From Takakia lepidozioides (lineage: Eukaryota; Plantae; Bryophyta): a stretch of 64,000 nt of DNA. Positions 37,691 through 50,178 of this stretch are shown in pieces. The stretch lies in the NCBI GenBank assembly GCA_030704615.1, contig CM060731.1, positions 64,976,001 through 65,040,000 on the forward strand, written 5' to 3'. Within the stretch, counting starts at the first letter, position 1, and each line of letters opens with the position of its first letter. The translations under genes were made by a program, and so were the position numbers. The notes beneath the pieces were generated by a model. That model was not told the DNA's origin, did not search any database, and saw nothing but the letters and a program-made list of their open reading frames with translations.

Positions 37691-40600
37691 GGAAGCTGCT
37701 GCAGCGGCACAGTTGATAAAATCAGGCACCTCAACCATCACCACAGCTTCTGAAAGAGGATCAAGAGAGGGAGTCCACAATGCCTCTTCTGGCACTTCTG
37801 GGCATGTGAAGATGCTTTGTGAGGCAGGCAGACTGAAAGAGGCTCTACTGACTTTAAACCAAGGAGGCATTTCAGCAGATTCAGAGACGTATGTCTGTCT
37901 CTTACTTAAGTGCATCAAGATGAAAGGTCTGGAAGCTGGAAAGCAGGTGCACACTCACATTGTCCAAAGTGGATTCACGCCAAATGTTTTTCTACTCAAC
38001 ACCCTTGTCAACATGTATGTTAAGTGCGGGAGCATCATGGATGCTCACCAAGTGTTCAACAGAATGCCTCAACGATCTTTGATCACGTGGAATATAATGT
38101 TGGCAGGATTTACCAAGCATGGGTGTGGTAGGAATGCTTTGGAGACCTATGAGCAAATGCTTCACGAAGGGGTGAAGCCCAACCACATTACATTTGTTTG
38201 TGTTTGCAATGCTTGTGCAAGCCTGGGAGCTCTGGAAAAGGGGAAAAAGGTCCATGGTGACATCGTCAAAGCTGGAATTGTACCAGATGTCATTCTGAAA
38301 ACTGCCCTGGTGGACATGTATGCCAAATGTGGGTGCATTAAGGATGCGAAGGGAGTTTTCAACACTATGGCTGAACGAGATGTGGTGTCATGGAACGCGA
38401 TGCTTGCAGGGTATGCACAGCAGGGACGTGGGATGGAGGCTTTGGAGACCTATGATCAAATGATGGGGGAAGGGGTGAAGCCCGACCACATCACGTTTGT
38501 GTGCATTTGCAATGCATGTGCAAGCCTGGCAGCTCTGGAAAAGGGCAAAGAGGTCCATGGTGACATTGTCAAAGCTGGAATTGTACCCAATGTCATTCTG
38601 AACTCTGCCCTGGTGGACATGTATGCCAAATGTGGGTCCATCGAGGATGCAAAGGCAGTGTTTGATACGATGGCTGAGCGAGATGTGGTGTCATGGAACG
38701 CGATGATCGCAGGGTATGCCCAGCAGGGTCACGGGATGGAGGCTTTGGATACCTACGAGCAAATGATGGACGAAGGGATGAAACCCGACCACATCACGTT
38801 TGTTGGCGTTTGCAATGCCTGTGCAAGCCTGGGAGCCCTGGGAAAGGGCAAAGAGATCCATGGTGACATCATCAAAGCTGGAATTGTACCAGATGTCATC
38901 CTGAACACTGCCCTGGTGGACATGTATGCCAAATGTGGGAGTATTGAGGATGCGAAAGGAGTATTCAACACTATGGCTGAACGAGATGTGGTGTCGTGGA
39001 CCGCGATGCTTGCAGGGTATGCACAGCAGGGGCGCGGGATGGAGGCTTTGGAGACGTATGAGCAAATGATGGGTGAAGGGGTGAAGCCCAACCACATCAT
39101 GTTTGTGTGCGTTTGCAGTGCGTGTGCAAGCCTAGCAGCCCTGGAAAAGGGCAAGGAGGTGCATGGTTGCATCGCCAAAGCTGGAATTGTACCAGATGTG
39201 ATTTTGAACAATACCCTCGTGGACATGTATGCTAAATGTGGGTCCATCGTGGATGCAAAGGCAGTGTTTGATAAGATGGCTGAGCGAAATGTGGTGTCAT
39301 GGAATGTGATGATCGCAGGATATGCCCAGCTGGGTCACGGGATGGAGGCTTTGGATACCTATGAGCAAATGATGGGTGAAGGTGTGGAACCCGACCACAT
39401 CACATTTGTTGGCGTTTGCAATGCGTGTGCGAGCCTGGCAGCTCTGGAAAAGGCCAAAGAGGTCCATGGTGACATCGTCAAAGCTGGAATTGTACCAAAT
39501 GTCGTTCTGAACAATACCCTCGTGGACATGTATGCCAAATGTGGGTGCATCGAGGATGCAAAGGGAGTGTTTGACAATATGGCTGAACGGGATGTGGTGT
39601 CATGGAGTGCAATGATTGCAGGATATGCACAACAAGGGCGTGGGATGGAGGCTTTGGAGACGTATGAGCAAATGATATGGGAAGGGGTGAAGCCCAACCA
39701 CATCACGTTTGTTTGCGTTTGCAATGCATGTGCAAGCCTGGCAGCCTTGGAAAAGGGCAAAGAGGTCCATGGTGATCTTGTCAAAGCTGGACTTGTACCA
39801 GATGTCATTCTGAACACTGCCCTGATGGACATGTATGCCAAATGTGGGTCCATCGAGGATGCAAAGGCAGTGTTTGATAAGATGGCTGAACGAGATGTGG
39901 TGTCATGGAACGCGATGATCGCAGGATATGCCCAGCAGGGTCACGGGATGGAGGCTTTGGATACCTATGAGCAAATGATGGGCGAAGGGGTGAAACCCGA
40001 TCACATCACGTTTGTTGGCGTTTGCAATGCGTGTGCGAGCCTGGCAGCTCTGGAAAAGGCCAAAGAAGTCCATGGAAAAATCGACAAAGCTGGAGTTGTA
40101 CCAGATGTCATTCTGAACAATACCCTTGTGGACATGTATGCCAAATGCGGGTGCATCGAGGCTGCAAAGCGAGTGTTTGACAATATGGCTGAACGAGATG
40201 TGGTGTCGTGGAACGTGATGATAGCAGGATATGCCCAGCATGGTTGTCATAGGGAGGCCCTGCAACTATTGGAAGGAATGCAAAAGAAAGGCTTGAAGCC
40301 GGACAGTATCACCTTTATATGTGTTCTCTCTGTATGCAGCCACACTGGCCTACTGGATGAAGGAAGACGCTACTTTGATTCCCTGAGTCATGTTCATGGT
40401 GTCACTCCGACAGTAAAGCACTTTGGGTGCATGGTGGACCTTCTTGGACGTGCGGGGCAATTGGATGAGGCAATGGACCTGATTAATAAAATGCCAATCA
40501 ATCCAGATGTTGTGGTATGGAAGGCCTTGCTTGGTGCCTGCAGAATCCATGGCAATGTGGAGATGGCTGAACGTGCGGCAACATCTATTCTCCAGTGGAA

Positions 40601-41123
40601 TGAACAGGATGCCGAGACGTATGTGTTGCTATCAAACATCTATGCTGCAGCTGGCAGGTGGGATGATACTGCAACGGTGAGAAGAATGATGAAGGTCAGA
40701 GGGGTTAGAAAGGAGCCAGGTCGCTGCTGCATTGAGGTTGGCAACAGGGTGCACACCTTCGTTGTAGATGACAAATTGCATCCCAAAATTAAGGAAATCC
40801 ATGCTGAGCTGAGAAGATTGTCTGGGCAGATGAAGGAAGCGGGGTATGTGCCTGACACGCGCTTTGTATTGCATGATGTGGGGGAGGAGGAAAAGGAATT
40901 TTCTCTTTGCCACCACAGTGAGAAGCTGGCCATTGGTTTTGGGCTGATCAGCACAACCCTTAGGACGCCTCTCCGTCTCATCAAGAATCTTCGAGTGTGT
41001 GGTGACTGCCACACCTCCACCAAATTCATCTCAAAGATTGTTGGCCGAGCAATTGTTGTACGGGACGCTAACCGCTTTCACCACTTTGAAGATGGGATTT
41101 GTTCTTGTGGGGATTACTGGTGA
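35891..41123 (+). CDS. PDF-motif x3 - PLS-PPR (26 motifs) - E1-E2-DYW protein (locus 2); model join(35891..35921,36071..36153,36344..36482,36629..36723,36902..37049,37197..37291,37593..41123), ~1373 aa
   Basis: The final exon is an uninterrupted ORF with L,S + 7 P-L-S triplets + P2-L2-S2, a PG box (KEPGRCCIEV), the HSEKLA...CGDCH zinc deaminase signature and a terminal DYW. All upstream exon phases are compatible. The PPR-DYW part is certain; the 5' exons and start codon are inferred. Confidence 0.85.
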
Positions 41124-42059
41124 AAGGATGTTTTCTTGGAAAGATGCAAGTGTCTTGCTTCATTCATTGATCTGTGTAGCTACTCATATCATCCACCATT
41201 TCCTGGGAATATTGACCTACTGTTGAGTGCATTTCCTGTGGCGTATGCACAGGAAATGATAGTGGGTCTACCCAGCATAGGTGGGAAGTCAACCCATAAT
41301 TGCACTTGACTGAAGGGGGGAATTTTGACCAACTCTGGTGATAGCAGAAGGAAATCAGAGCTGTCCTAATTATGGGTTTGGGTCGTGGAGCTTCTCCAAA
41401 GTGGATACGGTTTGTAATGAGCTTGACTAGAGGGGCAGCCCCGTGCACAAGTGTATTCAGCATCTTATGTGTGGACATGTTTGTATGTTTCTCATGGTGC
41501 TGCTTCAGAGAGCTCTCTTGACTAACCTGCATGAATGCTGTCGAAAGCTAGCCCTAACCCACGAAGATCCAATCCCATGGTTGAGGCTTGAAAGTTCACA
41601 TAGTGATTGTAATGGTATTTGGGTATTCTTCTATTTATTGATGCGTCATGGCTCCCTCACACTTAACATTGGGTTGTGCATGTTGGAGTTCAAGGTTGGG
41701 GGGACAGAGTCCACCTACTCCACCTACTTCAGAACACAATTGCTATAGTTCGAAAGCAGATTTTCAAGCATATGAAACAAGTGTGCATAGATTCAGATAC
41801 TGCCAGTGTACAGGGAAGCAGTGCCAGTGGCTGGCTTGACTCCCAGTGTTCTCAATTACTACTGGAGCTGCCCATCTCAAACAAGCTGAAAGCTCTCCTA
41901 AAATCCACTTTAAGATCTTAACCCAGGTCCCAGGTCCCATGGTAGGTTGGTTGCCAGCAAAGCATTTTATCCTAAGTGAAGTGGCGGTTAACATAAGACA
42001 AGCCAATGGCTAATAAGAGAAATTCATAAGCTGTAACAGCCCGTCTTGTTCCAACGGTA

Positions 42060-42860
42060 AGGACATCATCAGAATAATGGGGTGAGAAGAATCAGGCCCT
42101 TCACGTATGTGAAGCCGGCCGCCGCCCTTGCAAGCGAGCTCACAGGATGATACCTTCAATTACACCTCAAGCAACTGGGATGAAAAAACCAACAAGAGGA
42201 AAACCTTGCTTTGCAAGTTGAGCGAAGGACAAAACCTCTTGATGGAAAAACCCCAGAACCTGGTGGATGAGGTAATTGGCAAATAACTAAGGTTTCAGGT
42301 AACGTCCAAACAAATCAAATCCACGCCAATCAATAGTCACCTGGGAAATGAGCGAGCAAGGTAGATCATCCCTAAAATGCAGTAAATGGGAGAGGCCCGC
42401 TTTCTCCCATAAAAGCCCACCTTCCGCTACAGCGAATGGCCTCACTAAGGGCCTCACTATCCCTGTTCAAGTTCTCAAAGAGGGGCTGCCTTGAGGACCT
42501 GGTCAAAGGATTTGGGGCAGAGTTGTGAAAGAGAACTTTGAATTTGACACTAGGCATGCCAGATAGATTGCCAGGCTTGAGAGCCCTTGGAGACCCTGAC
42601 ATTCGAGGTACCGCCCTGCAAAATCCACCTTAATGAAGAAGCCCAAAGGTTACTAGAAGTAGGAATGGCTCCGGCAATATGATTGCGAACCAGCAGACTC
42701 CAAGGACTAGAAAGATTGGTGAGAACACGAGGAACCCATTTTGCTAGGAGGTCCAGGATCTGGGATTCTAGAATCTTCGCTTGGGCATGGACTCCATATA
42801 GGCCCGCATCCATTGCCCATGTTCGGCCGATGCAACTTACCTAGGTGGTTCAGACAAACT
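42060..42860 (-). mobile_element. Degenerate LINE ORF2 fragment in the inverted-repeat spacer
   Basis: AQAKILESQILDLLAKWVPRVL...PWSLLVRNHI resembles the post-RT 'LLAKW' region of plant L1 ORF2. Confidence 0.45.
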
Positions 42861-44758
42861 CCTACATGTCATCTGCCCTATGGTCTATTTGGTTCAGACA
42901 AATTCCTACGTGTCATCTCATCTGCCCTAATGTCGATTTTGATTTTTCCTCCAGCGACCAGGGTAAGGTGCATAGCGTCGCGACCCTCGATTCCTCAAAT
43001 GCAGAGTCAGTCACCATCCCAAGCTGAGCAACTTACTTTTTTTGTCGCTAGTGTCTAGTAGAGACATGCTCTATGATCTCTAAGGTCCAGAGCTTTTGCA
43101 GAGTGCCTAGTACTACTCATTCTTGTGCGGAAACCAGTCAAATTACGAATTTATAGATGAAGTTCAAGACAACTAATCAACCAGCATTTGTTGCTGGCCA
43201 GGATTTCAGCGGATACCCGATCTTGTGACAGTCTTTGCAAAGTGCTTGTATGTCTGCAGCTGTGGTCCAAGGAAGAATGCAACACCATCGAGCAGCCCCT
43301 GAACTTTCACTAGCTTGTATGTGCAGCTTTTCCCTGTGATTAACCTGGAAAAGCGGCGTATTCGTAAATTTCGTGTTTGATGTGTTCTCTTCATTCTCCA
43401 GTATTTACATCCTGGGCTGTTGCACTGGGCTGTTTACCAAAACTTGTAGTACCGTGAATGTTTTCAGTAGCAAGCATTACGCGAGTTGCTGTTGTGCTGG
43501 GTAAGCCGATGTCGCTGCTCTTGGCAACATCATGCTGTCCAAATTAAGTGTTAAAAAGGTTTGTGACAAATTAGTCCCTGGGCATGACCCCTGTACACTA
43601 CTTACCTATTTGTGCTGTACTGTGGAGTTGCGCAGAACATGGGCTTGCTTCTGGCGTAAGCTTTGTACAAATGCCAGTTCTGACATGTCCTACCAATTGG
43701 TTTACCTTGTTTCCCTGTTTATGAAGGGGGTTGGGTGATGGATGCATAGGCATACTCAGGAGGGCTTGCGGCATCAGGAATAGCCACATCTCTTCTACGA
43801 ATGATTACTAAAGTGGGTTGTGGAGATGCAAATTCTGGCCTCTGGAAAGGTGCCTGTAAGTGTTTGTATGCCTAAGCTTTGCTCCTCATACATGTGTGGA
43901 GTGGCTTGAGAGCATATGCTGTAGGTTTCGTAGGAGGCACAGAAAGGAATCAGCCACCATGTAATATCGCGTGTGTGCATGCATGCAGTGACCTTCTTTG
44001 GAACAGCTGCGGCCAGTGAACTGGTTGGTGTGGTGCTTTAACCTGTTGTGTTCCCACGTCTGCGAGTGGTAAAGGCATTCCGCCTTTCTGCATCACAGCA
44101 GGGTTCCTTAACTTCTGGATGACCTGGCTGCTGTTGGTGCGCAAGGTGATCTCAAGGTGCTTCCTTGTTCCCTCGATAGCCTCATAGGATGTTTTTGAAA
44201 AAGCAAAGACTGATGTGGACTGGCATTTGAGTTTCACTAGTTCTGCTTTTGTCTCTTGCTTCAGAATTTCTTTCGTTTTTACTTCTGAGGGCTCATTCAT
44301 GTATGGTTGGGAGGGTGGCAGGATGCAGAAGCTGGTAAACCACCGCTAGTTAGTCAAGGGTTCCATCCACGAGAAACATACAAACATGTCCAAATGTAAG
44401 ATGCTGTCACACTTGTGCACAGGGCTGCCCCTCTAATCAAGCTCATTAAAATTCATATTCACTTCCATCTTCAAGCTTTGGAGAAGCTCCACCACCCAAA
44501 CCCAGAATTAGGACAGCACTCTGATTTCCATCCACTGTCACAAGAGTCAGTCCAATATCACCCCTTCAGTCAAGTGCAATTATGGGTTCACTTCCCACCA
44601 ATGCCGGGTAGCCCCACTACCATTTCCCGTGGATATGCCACAGGAAATGCACTCAACAGTACATGGTCAATACTCTCGGGTAATGGTGGATGATCTGAGT
44701 AGCTACACAGATCACGGAATGAAGCAAGACACTCGCATCTTTCCAAGAAAACATCCTT

Positions 44759-47700
44759 TCACCAGTAATCCCCACAAGAACAAATCCCATCTTCAAAGTG
44801 GTGAAAGCGGTTAGCGTCGCGTACAACAATTGCTCGGCCAACAATCTTTGAGATGAATTTGGTGGAGGTGTGGCAGTCACCACACACTCGAAGATTCTTG
44901 ATGAGACGGAGAGGCGTCCTCGGGGTCGTGCTGATCAGCCCAAAACCAATGGCCAGCTTCTCACTGTGGTGGCAAAGAGAAAATTCCTTTTCCTCCTCCC
45001 CCACATCATGCAATACAAAGCGCGTGTCAGGCACATACCCCGCTTCCTTCATCTGCCCAGACAATCTTCTCAGCTCAGCATGGATTTCCTTAATTCTGGG
45101 ATGCAACTTGTCATCTACAACGAAGGTGTGCACCCTGTTGCCAACCTCAATGCAGCAGCGACCTGGCTCCTTTCTAACCCCTCTGACCTTCATCATTCTT
45201 CTCACCTTTGCAGTATCATCCCACCTGCCAGCTGCAGCATAGATGTTTGATAGCAACACATAAGTAGTGGCATCCTGTTCATCCCACTTGAGGATAGATG
45301 TTGCCGCACGTTCAGCCATCTCCACATTGCCATGGATTCTGCAGGCACCAAGCAAGGCCTTCCACACCACAACATCTGGATTCATTGGCATTTTATTAAT
45401 CAAGTCCACTGCCTCATCCAGTTGTCCCGCACGTCCAAGAAGGTCCACCATACAGCCAAAGTGCTTTACTGTCGGAGTGACACCATGATCTTGACTCAGG
45501 GAATCAAAGTAGCGTCTTCCTTCATTCAGTAGGCCAGTGTGGCTGCATGCAGAGAGAACACATATAAAGGTGATACTGTCCGGCTTCAAGCCGTTCTTTT
45601 GCATTCCTTCAAATAGTTGCAGGACCTCCCTATGACAACCATGCTGGGCATATCCTGCGATCATCGCGTTCCACGACACCACATTTCGTTCAGCCATCTT
45701 GTCAAACACTCCCTTTGCATCCTCGATGGACCCACATTTGGCATACATGTCCACTAGGGTATTGTTCAGAATCACATCTGGTACAATTCCAGCTTTCGCA
45801 ATGCAACCATGCACCTCTTTGCCCTTTTCCAGGGCTGCCAGGCTTGCACAAGCATTGCAAACGCACACAAACGTGATGCGGTTGCACTTCACCCCTTCCC
45901 CCATCATTTGCTCATAGGTCTCCAAGGCCTCCATCCCGCGCCCCTGCTGTGCATACCCTGCAAGCATCGCGGTCCACGACACCACATCTCGTTCAGCCAT
46001 AGTGTTGAACACTCCTTTCGCATCCTCAACGCTCCCACATTTGGCATACATGTCCACCAGGGCAGTGTTCAGGATGACATCTGGTACAATTCCAGATTTG
46101 ATGATGTCACCATGCACCTCTTTGCCCTTTTCCAGGGCTGCCAGGCTTGCACAAGCATTGCAAACGCACACAAACGTGATGCGGTTGCACTTCACCCCTT
46201 CCCCCATCATTTGCTCATAGGTCTCCAAAGCCTCCATCCCGCGCCCCTGCTGTGCATACCCTGCAATCATCGCGCTCCATGACACCACATCTCGTTCAGC
46301 CATAGTGTTGAACACTCCTTTCGCATCCTCAATGCTCCCACATTTGGCATACATGTCCACCAGGGCAGAGTTCAGAATGACATTGGGTACAATTCCAGCT
46401 GTGACAATGTCACCATGGACCTCTTTGCCCTTTCCCAGAGCTGTCAGGCTCGCACATGCATTGCAAATGCACACGAACGTGATGTGGTTGGGCTTCACCC
46501 CTTCCCCCATCATTTGATCATAGATCTCCAAAGCCTCCATCCCACGTCCCTGCTGTGCATACCCTGCAAGCATCGCGTTCCACGACACCACATCTCGTTC
46601 AGTCATAGTGTTGAAAACTCCCTTCGCATCCTTAATACACCCACATTTGGCATACATGTCCACCAGGGCAGTGTTCAGAATGACATTGGGTACAATTCCA
46701 GCTTTGACGATGTCACCATGGACCTTTTTCCCCTTTTCCAGGGCTCCCAGGCTTGCACACGCATTGCAAACACAAACAAATGTGATGTGGTTGGGCTTCA
46801 CCCCTTCGCGCAGCATTTGCTCATAGGCCTCCAAAGCATTCCTTCCACACCCATGCTTGGTAAATCCTGCCAACAATATATTCCACGTGATCAAAGATCG
46901 TTGAGGCATTCTGTTGAACACTTGGTGAGCATCCATGATGCTCCCGCACTTAACATACATGTTGACAAGGGTGTTGAGTAGAAAAACATTTGGCGTGAAT
47001 CCACTTTGGATAATGTGAGTGTGCACCTGCTTTCCAGCTTCCAGACCTTTCATCTTGATGCACTTGAGCAAGAGACAGACATACGTATCTGAATCTGCTG
47101 AAATGCCTTCTTGGTTTAAAGTCTGTAGAGCCTCTTTCAGTCTGCCTGCCTCACAAAGCATCTTAACATGCCCAGAAGTGCCAGAAGAGGCATTGTGGAC
47201 TCCCTCTCTTGATCCTCTTTCAGAAGCTGTGGTCATGGTTGAGGTACCTGATTTTATCAACTGTGCCGCTGCAGCAGCTGCCTTTAGTTGACCATCTACC
47301 CATGCAGGTTTCTTGTAGCTATTGATCCACAGGGAATCGTAGGTAATCTTGTGCTTGAAATCTGGCCCTCTTGGATGAATCTGGACCCACACTCTATCCC
47401 TGCTCCTTCAGCTATCACTGCCTCTGCACAAATCATGCATACATCCTTGCCTTGCTGCTAGCAGCTGACAATGACAGACTAGACTTGTTCGAGGAAACAC
47501 CCAACTCAACTTATCACACTAGTTCCTATACTCAATTGCATCTGCTACTCTTTGTAATCCAACAGGCATTCACCTTTTTGCCTCGATTGTCCCACCATTG
47601 ACTGGGGTCAAAAAAGTATTCATTCCACAGCTTCTCCTCGTCTGTGTTGCCTGTTTCTGGATACCTTCCTGTTGTCACATTGGCAGTATCATGTCAAAGT

Positions 47701-49518
47701 CACTCCAAACTATCAAAGATTCACTCAACCAGCTAACTTGCAGAATTCAACATGAAAATTTAGGGCCGATTCTGATAAGAGGGAAAAACAGGGTGAAACG
47801 TGTTGAAGAAGGTGCCTTCATTAGCAGTGCCTGATTTTGTCAATTGTGCCGCTGCTGCTGTGGCTTCCAGTTGACCATCTACCCATGCAGGTTTCTTGCA
47901 GCTACTGATCCACAGGGAGTCATAGGTAATCTTGTGCTTGAAATCTGGCCCTCTTGGATGAATCTGGACCCACCCTCCTATCCCTGCTCCTTCAGCTATC
48001 ACTGCCTCTGCACAAATTATGCATAGATCCTTGCCTGGCAGCTGATAATGACAGCCTAGATTTGTTCTAGGAAACACCCAACTCAGCTTATCACACTAGT
48101 TCCGTCTGCTACTCTCTGTAATCTAACAGGCATTCACCTTTTTGCCTCGGTTGTCCCACCGTTGACTGGGGTCAGAAAAGTATTCATTCCACAGCTTCTC
48201 CTCATCTTTGTTACGTGTTTTTGGATACTTTCCTGTTGTCACATTGGCAGTATCAGGTCGAAGTCACTCCAAACTAGATTCACTCAACCAGATAACTTGC
48301 AGAATTCAACATGGAAATTTAGGGCCGATTCTGATAAGTGGGAAAAACAGGGTGAAATGTGTTGAAGAAGGTGCCTTCATTAGCAGTGCCTGATTTTATC
48401 AAATGTGCCACTGCTGCTGCGGCTTCCAGTTGACCATCTACCCATGCAGGTTTCTTGTAGCTATCCGTCCACAGGGAATCGTATGTAATCTTGAGCTTGA
48501 AATCCAGCCCTCTTGGATGTATCTGGACCCAAACTCTATCCCTGCTCCTTCAGCTATCCATGCTCTGCACAAATCATGCATACATCCTTGCCTTGCTGCT
48601 AGCAGCTGACAATGACAGCCTAGATTTGCTCTAGCAAACAAACCAACCCTACTTATCACACTAGTTCCTCTGCTGGCTTCTCACCTTTTTGCCTCGATTG
48701 TTCCACCCTTGACTGCGGTCGGAAACATATTCATTCCAGAGCTTCTCCTCGTCTCTGTTATCTGTTTTTCGATACTTTCCTGTTGTCACATTGACAGTAA
48801 CATGTCAACATCACTCCAAAACCACCATAGATCCACCAACGAGCTAACTTGCAGAATTCAACCTGAAAATTTAGGGACGACTCTGATAGCAGCGAAAAAT
48901 ACGCTAAAATGTCTTGAAGAAGTAGCAGTGCCTGGTTCTATCAATTGTGCTGCTGCCGCTGCTATTTCTACCCACACAGGTTTCTTGTAGCTATTGATCC
49001 ACAGGGAATCAGAAGTAATCTTGTGTTTGAAATCCGGCCCTCTTGCATGAATCTGGACCTCTATCCCTGGTCCTTCAGCTATCCCTGCCTGTGTACAAAT
49101 CATGAATACATCCTCAGCCCTGCTGCTAGCAGCTGACACTGACGGCGTGAAGTTCTTCCAGCAAACACCCCAACCCTACTTATTACAGTAGTTCCAATTC
49201 TGAATTGCATCTGCTTCTCTCTGTAATCCAGCAGGCATTCACCTTTTTGTCTCCATTGTCCCACCACTGACTGGGGTTGGAAAAGTGTTCATTCCAAAGC
49301 TTCTCCTCATCTCTGTTATCTGTTTTTGGATACTTTCCTGCTGCCACATCGGCAGTAACTTGTCAAAGTCACTCCAAACCACCACAGATCCCCCATACGG
49401 GCCAACTTACAGAATTCAGTGTGCAAATTCAGGGCCGAGTCTGATAAGAGGGCAAAACAGGCTGAAATAGGTCGAAGAAGAAGGTGCCCTCACCACATTG
49501 TCCTTGAACCTGTGTCAT
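44759..49518 (-). CDS. PDF-motif x4 - PLS-PPR (17 motifs) - E1-E2-DYW protein (locus 3); exons 49518-49488, 49337-49243, 49052-~48932, 48779-48685, 48522-48375, 48232-48138, 47963-47816, 47668-47574, 47380-44759
   Basis: The final exon is an uninterrupted ORF with L,S + 4 PLS triplets + P2-L2-S2, E1/E2 and an intact DYW (HSE, CxxC). Upstream 95-nt and 148-nt exons are in phase. The usual donor of the third exon is deleted (~48925), so the 5' part is uncertain. Confidence 0.82.
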
Positions 49519-50178
49519 GACCCATGGAGGAATTGACCGACCATCAACCCAAAAGGACCTCTTGTGTTTTGAGTCTGTAGTCAGGTCATGTCGGATTGGT
49601 CTGTGAGAACCACCACGGTGCAGCTGAGCAGGTATAGATTGAAACACGGCCTGCTAAGACCAAGCTGACTCTCCCAAGAACCTTGTAAACATCAGGAAGA
49701 ATACAAAATCATGGTACTAACAGGAAGAGCCAAGAGCCCACATCTGCAGGATGGACAAACTTCTTCACATCATACATTAAGAGAAAGCCACACCTTGCGA
49801 TTGCGGTTGTCCCACCATCGTGAAGGATCTTTAAAAAACTCATGCCAGCTCTGCTCCGTGCTCCAAGGTAGACGTTTGTGCTCGGAAATCCGACAGCATC
49901 AACATTTTGACAAAGTCCTTGACTGAGGGGTGCTAGTGAGCTTTCAGCAACATTCATGCAAGTTGTTTTGGGCTCCATTGGGCTCTACACGATGAGGTAC
50001 AACGAACATGTCCAGACTTACACAGATGCTAACGCAGCTTATGTTTGCAGTCTGGAGATTGTAGAGTGGTCGCTGACAACGATCAGGGAGGGGAGGCACT
50101 GAGCAGCCCAGAGTCTTTCTTTTACCCTGGGTCCTGGCAATGAGTCTTTTACCCTGGACCAGCGTTGGGCGGGTATTA

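Larger units (their letters stand above)
35271..50139. repeat. Large inverted duplication: left arm ~35271-41526, right arm ~44349-50139, spacer ~2.8 kb
   Basis: Reverse-complement identity runs through upstream region, exons, introns, CDS and 3' region. Example: 35271 tgccaagacccagggtaaaagaaag matches 50139 read on the minus strand. Mirror ORFs (e.g. MEPKTTCMNV...) occur on both arms. Confidence 0.95.

Noticed and set aside
37682-41029. Repeating antisense ORFs (PHLAYMSTR...) over the PPR genes, mirrored at 44853-47291
   Set aside because: Shadow frames of the 303-nt PPR repeats.
40700-41123. Possible DYW:KP (U-to-C) editing domain
   Set aside because: The full-length DYW domains (loci 1-3) have a canonical PG box, HSE motif and DYW end, i.e. 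the C-to-U type.
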